Of a stretch of DNA of 64,000 nucleotides, positions 25,428-38,231 are shown one piece after another. How positions within the stretch are numbered: the stretch's first letter is position 1; every line of letters starts with the position of its first letter. The position numbers were made by a program, and so were the translations under genes. The stretch spans positions 140,306,001 through 140,370,000 of the forward strand of contig NC_042998.1 of the NCBI RefSeq assembly GCF_006345805.1. Reading direction: 5' to 3'. The notes below the pieces were generated by a model, which saw only the letters and a list, made by a program, of their open reading frames with translations, had not been told where the DNA came from and ran no database searches. The stretch comes from Octopus sinensis. Its lineage: Eukaryota.

Positions 25428-25734
25428 CTCAAGTCATACCGTGCTGCCTTGGATGTTGGAATAGGTAGTTCTAGATGTAATGGTCACGAGTGGGACGTCG
25501 TTGATTATATATCTACCTAGTCACGGCTATTCTGCAGTTACGCGACTATAAGAACAACAGCAGCAACAACAACGTCGACGACGATAACAACAACAATAAC
25601 ATGAATAACAACAGCGACAATAATATCAAGAACGAGACAACGCCGATAGCATCTGGTCATGTAATGTAATAGGTATGCTGGCTCAGGATTGGCCGTGGGT
25701 TAAATAAACAATAACAGCCATGCCCACACTAAGA

Positions 25735-26185
25735 AAGCAACGGCAACAGCAGCAGCAAGAGCAACCGCAGCAGCAGAGCAACCGCAGCAGCAAGAGCAAC
25801 CGCAGCAGCAAGAGCAACCGCAGCAGCAGCAACAACGCCAATATCAGCGGCAGCAGTAGCAGCAGCAAATACAGCACTATCATCAGCACCACCAAAGCCC
25901 CCCCCCACCACCACCATCATTGTCGCCATCATCATCACCACCACCACCACCATAATCACCGTCGTAGTCGTCGTCGTCGTCACCACCATCACCATCATCA
26001 TCATCATCCCCACCACCATTATCACTATAATCATCATCATTATCACGCTCACCATCATCATCATCCTCATCATCGCGCACACCATTATCATTATCGTCGT
26101 CGTCATCATCAACAACAACAACAACAGCAATAACAACAACAGCAACAACAACAGCAACAACAACAGCAACAACAACAACAAGTAC
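25735..26185. repeat. Trinucleotide mosaic (CAG/CAT/CAC/CAA) including three 18-bp units agcagcaagagcaaccgc
   Basis: Direct reading; source of the spurious poly-H/Q ORFs. Confidence 0.9.
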
Positions 26186-26332
26186 AACAACAGTACCCAG
26201 ATCTTGCATGATAAATAGTACCCAGGTCTTGCAATTGTATAATGAGGTTGTACCAAACTGTAACGACCGCCTTTGTTGTTGATGTTTAGTTTGATGTTAC
26301 TACATGCTTTCCGGGTTTTGAACTAAGTTAAG

Positions 26333-26372
<40 letters not shown>

Positions 26373-26989
26373 TGTCTGTCTGTCTGTCTGTATGTATGTA
26401 TGTATGTATGTATGTATGTATGCGTGTGTATGTGTGTGTGCATGAATATATATATGTATCTGTGTTTGTGTGTGTTTGACTGTGTTGGCCGGAGTGTATG
26501 TATAGTAATTACTTCAATGAATTTTGAAAATAAATTACTTGAATATAATTACGAAAAACTGTAATTAATTATAAATTACATCACTTAGTCTTGTTCACAA
26601 AAGGAGAATATAATTAATAACTGCAGGTTCACAAATTCGGTCATTCTCGATTACAGTGTAGCTAACTTTCCTGTTATCTTGTGATGTACAATAACATAGT
26701 ATTACTTTGATAAAAACACAGACAGGAGAAACAAACGGAAAACGAAAAAGACAAAAAATAAAATCTCCAATTTTAATGTAATATTATACAAACAATACAT
26801 ACGGTATATACATAGTCACCTGTCTAAGAGGTCCTTCGTCCGTCGATGTTGACCAGACATCAATACTGTTTACTCCTGTTATGATAAAACTATCAGCTAT
26901 GAGCTAGCAACCTTTATTTGAGGCTGATCTCCACTGAATCATGGAGTGGGGGTAGTTACTGACTGGTGACTTTTTTTAATACTAGGAGG

Positions 26990-27315
26990 GTCATTACGCC
27001 AATAATGATATCACACGCCGATTGATTAACATTGTATTTCATCTTCCAGCCGGGTCGTAACCAGAGACCTAAGGCATATATATTAGATGGAGAGAAACTT
27101 CCTGAGAATGTGGGTAGTTGATATTAACACAGTTTTTTGAGTCTCATAGACTGTTGGTTTCCAAGGGATCTAGTCAAAAAATTCTTCACCATCTTTCTTG
27201 ATCATTCCCGGGTCACCTACAAACAACAACAGGGATGGTTTTGGCTTTTAATTGCCTCGTCCTAGATATCTCAATCTCAAGGTCTTTATATTTCAACAGT
27301 TTTTCACATTCCTTT
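26990..27315 (-). mobile_element. R4/Dong-like (RLE) LINE 3' end
   Basis: EKLLKYKDLEIEISR..KTIPVVV..GMIKK, the C-terminal part of a restriction-like endonuclease; (ATA)n array at its 5' junction. Confidence 0.75.
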
Positions 27316-27325
27316 CCTGTTGTTG

Positions 27326-27402
<77 letters not shown>

Positions 27403-27417
27403 ATTATTATTATTATG

Positions 27418-27832
27418 TGATAAGAACTCACAGCTTACTTTGCTGGGTATGATGGAAAGTGTCAGCTGTCCACAGCCAGCAGACTAAGGTGACACTTGTT
27501 TACTGGTCATGCTTCAAGAACCCTGCGAGGAATTCTTGCAGTTCCAAGCAATGCCGTCTGATCAGGTAATTCCAGTGAATCATTGTATCCCACAGGATTT
27601 TGCATTTCTCATTCTCGGTGACTCATGGGGTTTTCTCATACCACGTCTTTGCTCTTTGTAGGCCGTGATTTCCACAGATCTTCCAATGGATCATTCTCAC
27701 TACACTGTCATGGCGTCTTTTGTAATCGCGTTGTGCCAATTTCGGGCATTCACTAACAATGTGCCATACCGTTTCACCCTTCTCACCACACATTCTGCAT
27801 TTTTCGCTGTCGGTACTGTTGTCTGTTCTGCA
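27418..27832 (-). mobile_element. R4/Dong-like LINE 3' end with CCHC knuckle, internally deleted
   Basis: KCRMCGEKGETVWHIVSEC..YKRRHD..KILWD joined to QTALLGTARI.RRVL; 3' end runs into (ATA)n. Confidence 0.85.
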
Positions 27833-27930
27833 CTATTATTATTTAGTACTTAGATGGGCGTCCACTTGGGAAACCTAGGTGCTATAAACATCTTACTCTT
27901 TTTAAGGCAGGCAGAATCGTTAGCACTCCG

Positions 27931-28320
27931 GTAAAGACGAACGAAATACCTTTTTTTTTTTATTACCCACAAGGGGCTAAACACAGAGGGGACAAACAAG
28001 GACAGACACACGGATCAAGTCGATTACATCGACCCCAGTGCGTAACTGGTACTTATTTAATCGACTCCGAAAGGATGAAAGGCAAAGTCAACCTCGGCGG
28101 AATTTGAACTCAGAACGTAACGGCAGACGCTCTGAGTTCAAATTCCGCCGAGGTTGACTTTGCCTTTCATCCTTTCGGAGTCGATTAAATAAGTACCAGT
28201 TACGCACTGGGGTCGATGTAATCGACTTGATCCGTGTGTCTGTCCTTGTTTGTCCCCTCTGTGTTTAGCCCCTTGTGGGTAATAAAAAAAAAATTAAATA
28301 GGTATTTCGTTCGTCTTTAC
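27931..28320. repeat. Near-perfect 390-bp palindrome made of SINE family B
   Basis: 27931-28114 is the reverse complement of 28131-28320 apart from the poly-A/T end; 16-nt spacer. Confidence 0.92.
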
Positions 28321-28470
28321 GTTCTGTGTTCAAATGCCGCCAAGGTGAAGTTTGCCTTTCATCCTTCTAAGGTCGATAAAAATTAGTTCCAGTTGAAAAC
28401 TGGGGTCGAAGTATTCAACTTGCACCCGCCCCCCCCCCGTATTTACTGGTCTTGCGCCAAAATTTGAAAC

Positions 28471-28521
<51 letters not shown>

Positions 28522-28583
28522 ACTTACAATGAAAGTAAACAAAGTTTGCTTTAGAAGCGTTGAGATGTATTGAAAGATACAGA

Positions 28584-29696
28584 AATAATTTATTCTCAAA
28601 CAAGGGCGGTGCCCCAGCACAAGGGCGGTGCCCCAGCATGGCCTCAGCCGGATGGCTGAAACAAGTAAAAGAGTAAAAGAGTAAAAACACATGGTAATGT
28701 AAATACAATATCATGAACAGGATAAACTATCCATATATTGCAGAAAAAATCGTTACCGGCCAGCCATGAGACTCGAACTCATATCCCTGTGATTACGCGG
28801 GGACACACATACACACACATGGACAATGGGTTTCCACATACCAAGTTCATTCATAGCATTAGTTGATCCAGGACTATAATAGAAGACTCTTGCCCAAAGT
28901 GCCAAGCAGTGGAACTGAACTTCAGACCACAGTTTTGTGAAGCAAGTTCTTGATTGTATAGCTCACGTTTGTACCTATAGCTATGCCTGGACTCAATAGC
29001 AGAATTTTAAAACGTTTGGGGCAGACTTTATCCATGAAAAACACATTGTGTTAGACATAGTAATTGAATTTTTTGATTTGGATTGCTTACATTCAATCCA
29101 CTACAAGAGGAGGGCCTCAGCATGTTCTCTCTACCAACCACAGTCTGATGTGGAAGCTGTGAATTTTAGCTTGTAATCATACTGGTTTGATAAGCCTACT
29201 CTGCCACACTGGTTTGACATGACTTGGCAGAGGGGTACAATTTTTATACTCATACCCAGCAGCAGTTAAGTCAATTACATTGACCCCGAGGCTGGTACTT
29301 ATTTTATCGACCCCAAAGGATGAAAGGCAAAGTTGACCTCAGCAGTATTGGAACTCAGAATGTCAGGACGGACGAAATACCACTAAGCATTTTGCCCAGT
29401 GTTCTAACGATTCTGCCAGCTCACTGCCTTACGAATATGGTACAAGAAATATAAAAGGCCCAGTTCTTTTGGCAATATGTCAGTGTTAAAACCTGTAATA
29501 AAAAGCATTTCAAATTTTGGCACCAGGCCAATAAGTTGAGTAAGGGCATAAGTCAATTACATCAACCCTGTGGTCAACAGGGATATGAGTTCGAGTCTCA
29601 TGGCTGGCCGGTAAAGATTTTTTCTGCAATATATGGATAGTTTATCCTGTTTATGATATTGTATTTACATTATCGTGTGTTTGAGAATAAATTATT
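28584..29696. repeat. Inverted pair of about 120-bp arms enclosing SINE debris
   Basis: 28584-28790 (minus an inserted family A tail at 28603-28689) mirrors 29577-29696. Confidence 0.75.
29265..29430 (-). mobile_element. SINE family B, diverged
   Basis: ggtacttattttatcgaccccaaaggatgaaaggcaaagttgacctc..ctaacgattctgccagctc. Confidence 0.75.
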
Positions 29697-29859
29697 GCTA
29701 TTATTGACGGAATGCCCCCACCCCCAAAGCATAAGATTTGTTTCAATACACGAATTCACATCAAGAATATTGCAAACAAAATACAAAAAACGAATAAAAA
29801 CAAAGATTTTGTTAAGTAATCGTTATAGGCAACCATTCCTTCCCTCCAGTATGATGAGC

Positions 29860-30405
29860 TGGGTTGATCTTCCAGAAAGCTACAGTATCTAGCATGTTGG
29901 TTTGATTTTGATCAAGGATCTTTCTTGGAATAAATATGTTCTGTCCATTGCCATATCGGCAGCCAAAAAAAAAAAAGTTCATTCACTCGTTCGATGCACG
30001 CAAATTTCTTAAGCATGAGAGTATCTTAAGGCCAATATTCTTTTGTCTGGTGCCTTCTCTGTGCGTCTTAACTTGCTTGATCTAATTCAGAATCAAGTTG
30101 TTAACATGGCGAACCCTTTTTGGCTCATCGCTGACATTTATCTTGGTTGTATCTAAATCTATAATAATTTCCATGGTAATTGCACTGAATACCAGCACCT
30201 TCCATTAAGACCTTTAAACGTGTTATCCACTTCTCTTCCCACATGCTTCATTTCTCCATTGAGCTTCCTATTAATCATAAATCATTTTATCCTAACAGCT
30301 TCTTTTCTTGAACTGTTGCTCTCAGGAACTCACTACCATCGTCTTGTTTTTATTTGGTCATTTGAGCTTTCGGTCAATTGACATCTTTTGTAGGCCCCTT
30401 TCTTT
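29860..30405 (+). mobile_element. CR1-group LINE 3' relic
   Basis: KDLSWNKYVLSIAISAAKK, LLDLIQNQVV, FHGNC, RTVAL.NSLPS-like motifs with frameshifts. Confidence 0.6.
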
Positions 30406-31075
30406 CCTTTTTTGTAGTCCCTTATGTTTCAGTGGCCCCAATTCTTGTTTGGGATAAAATCGTATAAAAAGAAGGAACATATACAGGTGACGGCATGGGC
30501 ATATCTCCGATGTTAGCCACACCATAGCTTTGGGTCCAAGAAAGTTTTATATAAATGTCTTCGCAGACGTTGCTGTGGAAACGCAAAGAGCCCGAAGAGA
30601 TATCGCAAGATGTTTTGTTCGTTCTTCGAAAAGTTCCTCCGATGCATCGTCCTTGATTGGTACTTTTTTATTGACCAGAAAGTCTAAAATGCAAAGTTAA
30701 CGTCCGCGGGATTCGAACCCAGAACGAAGAGAGTCAGAAGAAATACTGCGAAGCATTCTATCCCACGCTCTATATATTCAACCAATTATTCACCGCCTTC
30801 CCTGATATTCAACAATTATAATAGAGCTCAATTTAATTAAATCAACTCCTCTCTAAACTAGGCTAAACTTCAACAAAGCTTATTCTCTTAACCTTTTCAT
30901 TATCCACGTCAACCAACAAGACAGATTTCTTTAAGAGTTTTATCAAAAAACTAATTATTCATTTTTTAAAAATAAGCCTGCAGGCTATTTGCCACTCGTC
31001 ACATTGAAGTCTACCGGCCTTTTGGATTGCTTTGCACCAAATTCAGAACAGCTTCAGCGTAAATATACTAATAAG

Positions 31076-31914
31076 GAGTGAATATTCAGAAGTGAATATC
31101 TATATAGATATTATTGTTGTTTTTATCATGTGCGGTAATATAATTTTTTGATAATAACAACAACAATAATATAGGTGGTTGCAGGTTTAAAATATCATTA
31201 GATAACAATAGAATTAAAAATTTATATCAATCATAAGGGCACACAAGGCGCCTACATGCTAGAAAGAGGGGTTAAAACACTCATTTTAATTCTATAGCTA
31301 TCTAATGCTATTTTAGACCGGCAACTACCTATATTATTGTTTTTGTTATTATGAAATATTTATATTAGCGCAGATAATAATAACAATAATAATATCTATA
31401 CAAATATTTGTTTCTGAATATTTACTTCTTAGTTTATTCACATTGAACTTGTTCTCATTTTGGTGCAAAACATTCTAGAACGTCGGCAGACTTCAACATG
31501 ACGAGTTGAAAATTTTTTCAATTGGTAAGACTTGCTGATGAAAGTAAGATATTTTTTTACCAGAACCAGAAATCATGATCCAAATATATCCAAATACCAA
31601 AATATATAGCATTGGGCTTATAGTAGGTATGTCAAAAATTCTGTAGCCCGTTCGCCCGACTACTGTTGATTTTCTGTCGTATTTTTTTAGTGTTATTGGT
31701 TGTTTAAATGACGGTTTTAACTCCTCTCTCTAGCAGGTTGGCGCCTTGTGCACCCTTATGATTGATATAAATTTTTAATTCTATAGTTGTCTAATGCTAT
31801 TTTAGGCTTGCAACCACCTATATTATTGTTGCTGTTACTATCAACTGTTTATATTACCACAGATAATAATACATTAATAATATCTATATAATATTCATTT
31901 CTGAATATTTACTC
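31076..31914. mobile_element. Foldback element with about 210-bp inverted arms and an extra internal arm
   Basis: gagtgaatattcagaa.. / ..ttctgaatatttactc; arms 31076-31285 and 31707-31914; third partial arm at 31284-31428. Confidence 0.75.
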
Positions 31915-31916
31915 AT

Positions 31917-31977
<61 letters not shown>

Positions 31978-32073
31978 ACGGAAGCTTTATGAAAATAAAC
32001 AAAAGACGAAGGCAGGTGGAATACAAACAAACAATTGTATTAGTATGACGGTCAGGAATATAAATAAAACAAG

Positions 32074-32111
32074 TCTTTTACGTTTCGAGCCTACGCTCTT
32101 CAACAGAAAGA
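32074..32111 (-). ncRNA. Minimal hammerhead motif with CUGUUGA core, second copy
   Basis: Reverse: TCTTT-CTGTTGA-A-GAGC-GTAG-GCTC-GAAAC-GTA-AAAGA. Confidence 0.6.
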
Positions 32112-32192
32112 TACACAGAAAAGAAACACAGAAAGAAACAAGGAGAGAAAAAAAATGCGTGCAGAGGCTAGCGAATCAACATGTGTGTGTGT

Positions 32193-32226
<34 letters not shown>

Positions 32227-32253
32227 TCATACATACATACATACATACATACA

Positions 32254-32285
<32 letters not shown>

Positions 32286-32436
32286 CGTATATAGGTGCGT
32301 GTGCGTGAATCAAATGTCGAATCCCATGGGAGTCTGGAATTACTGAGAAGCGCAATTAACTGAAGAAAGCTGCTCATATTTTGGTGGGGCTGGGTTGCTT
32401 CAGAATAGGTCGTAGTAAGTAACGCGAGGATACCAA

Positions 32437-32512
<76 letters not shown>

Positions 32513-32569
32513 CGTCCATCTGTCCATCCGTCCATCCGTCCATCCGTCCATCCATCCATCCATCTATCC

Positions 32570-32639
<70 letters not shown>

Positions 32640-32654
32640 TTCTCTCTCTCATCG

Positions 32655-32733
<79 letters not shown>

Positions 32734-32807
32734 GAGTAGCGTGCGTATTGTGAAAAACTATATGGTTAATGGACAATATGTCCAATTTTTCGGCATATTT
32801 GGCATTA

Positions 32808-32870
<63 letters not shown>

Positions 32871-32871
<1 letters not shown>

Positions 32872-33264
32872 TAGCGGTATCGCCCGGCGTTGCTCGGGTT
32901 TGTAAAGGAAATAACTATATAAGCATTTTTAGAGAGTTATAGCCAAAATAGCAAAAAAAAATGCATTAAAAATGGGAAAAAAATGATGGTAAATTTTTTT
33001 TAAATCGTTGACTCATCATAGACATTTTTAGAGAGCTACTTCCCTTATATAATAGCGAAAAAAATGCATTAAAATGGAAAAAAAATGATGGTAATTTTTT
33101 TTTTAAATCGTAGACTCATGTAGACGCGCGCTAATACCCAGAAGGGTTCGATGTGAATCGCGACTATAAGATACCCGGTTTTGGTTAAACTGCACCGCAA
33201 AATGTGGGAGTAGTTAGGAATCTAAATCGTTGGAGACAGACACACAACCTCTCTTTTATATATA
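32871..33264 (-). mobile_element. Non-autonomous Helitron, family H1
   Basis: Reverse strand ends cccgagcaacgccgggcgataccgCTAG followed by T; body matches 35125-35520; internal duplication with a period of about 105 bp. Confidence 0.8.
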
Positions 33265-33994
33265 CCCAAAAACATCTAAAATTTGTTTCTGACTCTTTCC
33301 GTAAACCTTTAAATAATGTTGCAAAAACTTAATATGGGAACTTCTTTATTATTTTAGCCAAAAGTTTAGCAGTTTGACATTTCCAAGGATGTCTTCCAAA
33401 TATAGCTATTTATATTTTATATTTTATAACATCTAGGATACTTTTGGGGTTGTTTTTTGTTTCTCCTTAAATATTATTTTGTACCTTTGAGGTTGTTTTT
33501 GCTATCTCACCAGCTGCTATCAATCCGCTACGTATAAAACCATTCCTGTAAGTCTTCTACTTCTCTATATCTTGGTACTGCGTCGACATCTATTGCACTT
33601 CTATTTTGTATATGATAAAAATCATTTACAATTCAAGACAAATCGTTTCGTTCAAAAACACGCTGCCGCTTTTTATAACGACTGATTCTTTGTGATTTCG
33701 CGAGAATCTCTTTTGAAGGAGTTCTTTGATCTCATGATTTCGTTGCTTCTGTTTGATTTTGTATTTTTGTGAAGTATTTATTTTCTTTTTCCTTTTATTT
33801 TTCTGTTTTTCTTTTTCAATTGTCTTTTTGTTGTCGATCTCATTAAGGATTAAGAAATCTTTTATATTTTCTGTTTTCGTCTGTGTGTGTTGATTTTCCA
33901 CGCTGTTTGCTCGAGTTTAACAATAAACAGTAAAAACATAATCAACAAGATAGGTCTGTCTTTCTGATTAGGTTTTCAATGTTTATGGCTTTTG

Positions 33995-34026
<32 letters not shown>

Positions 34027-34075
34027 ATTATTGTCATTATTATTATTATTATCATCATCATCATCATCATCATCG

Positions 34076-34115
<40 letters not shown>

Positions 34116-34128
34116 TATTATTATTTTA

Positions 34129-34161
<33 letters not shown>

Positions 34162-34405
34162 CATCATCATCATGATTATTTTTTGTTTAACTTGCTTTAT
34201 GTTTTCAATATTTCTATTTTGATTGTCTTTCAATTATATACATATATACATACATATACATACACACACACACCACACACACACAACACATATTTCCTAT
34301 GTACTATATACATATATCATACATACATATATATATATATATATATCTATATATATATATATATATTATATATATATATCTATATATATATATATTATAT
34401 ATATA

Positions 34406-34443
<38 letters not shown>

Positions 34444-34543
34444 NNNNNNNNNNNNNNNNNNNNNNNNNNNNNNNNNNNNNNNNNNNNNNNNNNNNNNNNN
34501 NNNNNNNNNNNNNNNNNNNNNNNNNNNNNNNNNNNNNNNNNNN
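34444..34543. other. Assembly gap (100 N)
   Basis: Direct reading; flanked on the left by (TA)n. Confidence 1.
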
Positions 34544-34689
34544 ACCTCCAACACGAAGGAGCCCCCAACACAAAGGTGCGATATATATATAAGTAACAAA
34601 GAGGTACAGGTGTCAGTTCATTACGGCCATTTCTGACGGCTCCTTTAATTGACTAATGAAAACATTACACCATTGTAAAGAAACCGCTT

Positions 34690-34790
34690 TTGTCTGATGA
34701 ATTCTTGACCTTCAAAATAAAGGATATTCGGGATCAGCTGAGTCGAACGGTCCTTACTGATGGAGCTACGGAATTACCCAAAACTGACCA
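34690..34790 (+). mobile_element. Possible L2/CR1 ORF2 fragment
   Basis: SDEFLTFKIKDIRDQL resembles the F..K I..IR..L motif upstream of L2-type RT. Confidence 0.25.
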
Positions 34791-34944
34791 AATCAGGATA
34801 GGTAACTCTCTACCGGTGCTTTCGGGCGATTACAATTCCTGTCAGTACAGATGTATACAATTATGTGCTTTAACTACAACGTTAGAGCTTTTTAGCTCTT
34901 ATTTCTAGCAATGTAACTCCTCTACGCCCTAGTCATATATATAT

Positions 34945-34988
<44 letters not shown>

Positions 34989-35000
34989 ATATATATTATA

Positions 35001-35038
<38 letters not shown>

Positions 35039-35045
35039 ATATATA

Positions 35046-35094
<49 letters not shown>

Positions 35095-35124
35095 GTGTGT
35101 GGTGTGTGTGTGTGTATATGTATA

Positions 35125-35520
35125 TCTTTATACATAAAAGAGAGGTTGTGTGCTGTCTGTTTCCTACGATTTAGATTCCTAACTACTCCCACATTTTGCG
35201 GTGCGTTTAAACCAAAACCGGGTATCTTATAGTCCGTGATTCATATCGAGCCCTTCTGGGTATTAGCGCGCGTCTATGATGAGTCTACGTTTTTAAAAAA
35301 ATTTACCATCAATTTTTCCCATTTTTAATGCTTTTTTGGCATATATAAGGGAAGTAACTCTCTAAAAAATTATTATTAAATCTCAGAACGTAAAAAGCTA
35401 CAGTAACACTCCCCCTTTGTGGTTAGCCATATTGAGATGGCTATTATACTTTAAATCTCTAAAAATGATTATATAGTTATTTCCCTTACAAACCCGAGCA
35501 ACGCCGGGCGATACTGCTAG
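35125..35520 (+). mobile_element. Non-autonomous Helitron, family H1
   Basis: 5' TC, 3' hairpin CCCG..CGGG and CTAG, A before and T after. Confidence 0.85.
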
Positions 35521-35530
35521 TATATATATA

Positions 35531-35574
<44 letters not shown>

Positions 35575-35891
35575 CACACACACGTAAATTAACGGTTAAC
35601 CAAAAAGAAAGGCCGATAGAATACGTATCGTTGGGGGTGGGGTGGAATTTCTTCGACTAAACCCTTCAAGGAAATGCTTCAGCGTTGCCGCACTCCCATG
35701 ACGGAAAAAGTAAAAGAATAAAAAATTATAAGAATATACACATACAGACAGACAGATAGACAGACGCGTGTGTATGCGTGTGTCTGTGTGCGTGTATGTG
35801 TGCAGTTATATGTATGTATGTATGTATGTATGTTGTATGTATGTATGTATGTATGTATATATATATACATATGTATATGTATATGCATATG

Positions 35892-35956
<65 letters not shown>

Positions 35957-35960
35957 TATT

Positions 35961-36013
<53 letters not shown>

Positions 36014-36368
36014 GTATGTGGTATGTATGTGTGTGTGTGTATAATCTCGCAGCCACGTACACACAGGTGGTGGTTGAGAAATGGGTGGCGAGACTTTAGA
36101 AATGCAAAGATTCAAAAATAATTTTGAGATATTTTACTGTTTTCATGTTGTCGGCGCCTCTTGTGTCTGTGTTCAAATCCCAACAGCACAGTCATTTCAT
36201 CTGATTCCTCCGAGGGTTGCTCATGAAATAAGTATGATTTATACATGAATTTTAATGTTGCATCAAAACAAATACATACATTTATTTTGTTTGAAACTCG
36301 TTTAACGTTTTATATCAGAGCTATTGATGTCATAGGCGCATGTGTGTGTGTGTCTGTGTTTATATATA

Positions 36369-36482
<114 letters not shown>

Positions 36483-36597
36483 ATAATATATAATTGTATA
36501 TATTATATATATATATAATAATATATATATATATATATAATATATATATTATATATAATGTTGTGTATATGTATGTATGAATGTATGGTGTATGTAT

Positions 36598-36629
<32 letters not shown>

Positions 36630-36861
36630 TATGAGTGTATATATATATATATATATATATACACCCATACGTAAATACGCACACACATGCACACTCATAC
36701 ACACACGCACACACACGAAATTACTGTTATGTTAATAGCTTTTCTTTTTATTTCAGTGATGTAGTATTAAACATATCCATAAATATCTATATATCTATCT
36801 ATAGAAGTATGTATAAATATTTGTAGATATATTCTATACCACCTTATACTGTACGTGTGAA

Positions 36862-37005
36862 CAGTGGCGTAGCATGGGTTTTGGTTGTCTTCTACAGTGG
36901 TCGAATTGGTGCCCCTTTACTTAAACATAACTACAGTAATTACACGTAGATGAAATGACCGTCCAGTGCGGATCGTCCACCCTGCAAACTCACACTACGC
37001 CAGAG
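36862..37005. mobile_element. Possible short hAT-like MITE
   Basis: CAGTGGCGTAG / CTACGCCAGAG imperfect 11-bp TIRs; no TSD seen. Confidence 0.3.
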
Positions 37006-37044
37006 AACATCATGTAGTAAGACTTATGTCTGTCATGAGTCCTA

Positions 37045-37382
37045 GGACTCTAAACTGGCAGTCCGTCGGTTGCGACGACGAGAGTTCCAGCTGATCCAAT
37101 CAAGGGAACACCCTGCTCATAAAATTAACGTGCAAGCGGTTGAGCACTCCATAGACACGCGTACTCTTGACGTCGTTCTCAGGGAAATTAAGCGTACTAC
37201 ACAGAATGTGACAAGGCTGGTCCTTTGAACTACAGGTACTACTAATTTTTGCCAGCTGAAGGGGCTTGGAGCAACGTGAAGTAAAATGCCTTGCTTAAGG
37301 ACACAACATGCCACCGAGAATCGAACTCACGACCTTAAGATCATGAGCAGAATACCCTAACCACGAAGCCAAGCGCGTTCAC
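37045..37382 (-). mobile_element. tRNA-derived SINE family C
   Basis: Reverse head gtgaacgcgcttggcttcgtggttagggtatt..gagttcgattc and gtccttaagcaaggcatttt core. Confidence 0.75.
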
Positions 37383-37404
37383 TATCCTAGCAATAATACA
37401 CACC

Positions 37405-37673
37405 TGTAAAGGTAAGGTAAGGTTACCTTCTCGAGTCATACCGACTCATTAGGGCGGGTTTCCTGATTTTCATGGCATAAAAGATCCCCACCTGGACAGG
37501 ATGCCGGTCCGTCGCATTTTTGCCAGCTGACTAGACTGGAACAACGTGAAATGAAGTGTTTTACTCACTAACACAACGTTTCTCCCGGTCTAGGAATCGA
37601 AACCACTATCTTACGATCATGAGTCCAACCAATCAACCTAAGTACTAAGCCACGCGCCTCCACCCATACATTC
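37405..37673 (-). mobile_element. tRNA-derived SINE family C with an alternative tail
   Basis: Reverse head gtggaggcgcgtggcttagt..ggtttcgattcc; tail atgactcgagaagg(taacct). Confidence 0.75.
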
Positions 37674-37911
37674 TTGGGGTATAAGTGAATGAGAATACTA
37701 CAACAGTCCCCCACTCCGAAGGGGAATTCCGGTCGGTCGCGCGATTACCTTCTCTCAGATATTGCTGGAATTCATTTCCCTCATGAATACAGTATACTAC
37801 CCGGCCCGAGAATAGAGACGATAACCTGGCGAGCAACACCTTCACCACTAGGTCTCGTGTCTGCAAATAAGTATAAATGTTTTAGAAAATTATTTAACAT
37901 TACGATATTTT

Positions 37912-38231
37912 TCTATCTTTTACTTGTTTCAATCATTTGACTGCGACCATGCTGGGGCACTGCCTTGAAGGGTTTTCAGTCGAAGAAATCGACCTCAGGA
38001 CTTTTTTCCTTTTTAAGCTTGGTAGTCATTCTATCGGTCGTTTTTGCAGAACCGCTAAGTTACGGGAACGTAAACACACTAACACCGGTTGTCAAGCGGT
38101 GGGGGACAAACATAGACACAAAGAGACACACACACACACATCTATATATATGCCCAAGGTGCAACGCAGTGAGGCTGGACCTGGAAACCATGTGATTGGA
38201 AAGCAAGCTTCTTACCACACAACCACACCTG
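37912..38231 (-). mobile_element. SINE family A, internally deleted
   Basis: Tail and head present; central block missing. Confidence 0.8.

Noticed and set aside
25720-26256. Long poly-His/Gln/Leu ORFs
   Set aside because: Translations of trinucleotide microsatellites on both strands; no domain or splice support
31529-31545. Isolated CTGATGA motifs (also near 24513, 34697, 47754, 58572)
   Set aside because: No matching stem II/GAAA/UH context
33626-33901. 91-aa Lys-rich minus-strand ORF
   Set aside because: Low-complexity A-rich sequence; might be a LINE N-terminal relic but has no diagnostic motif
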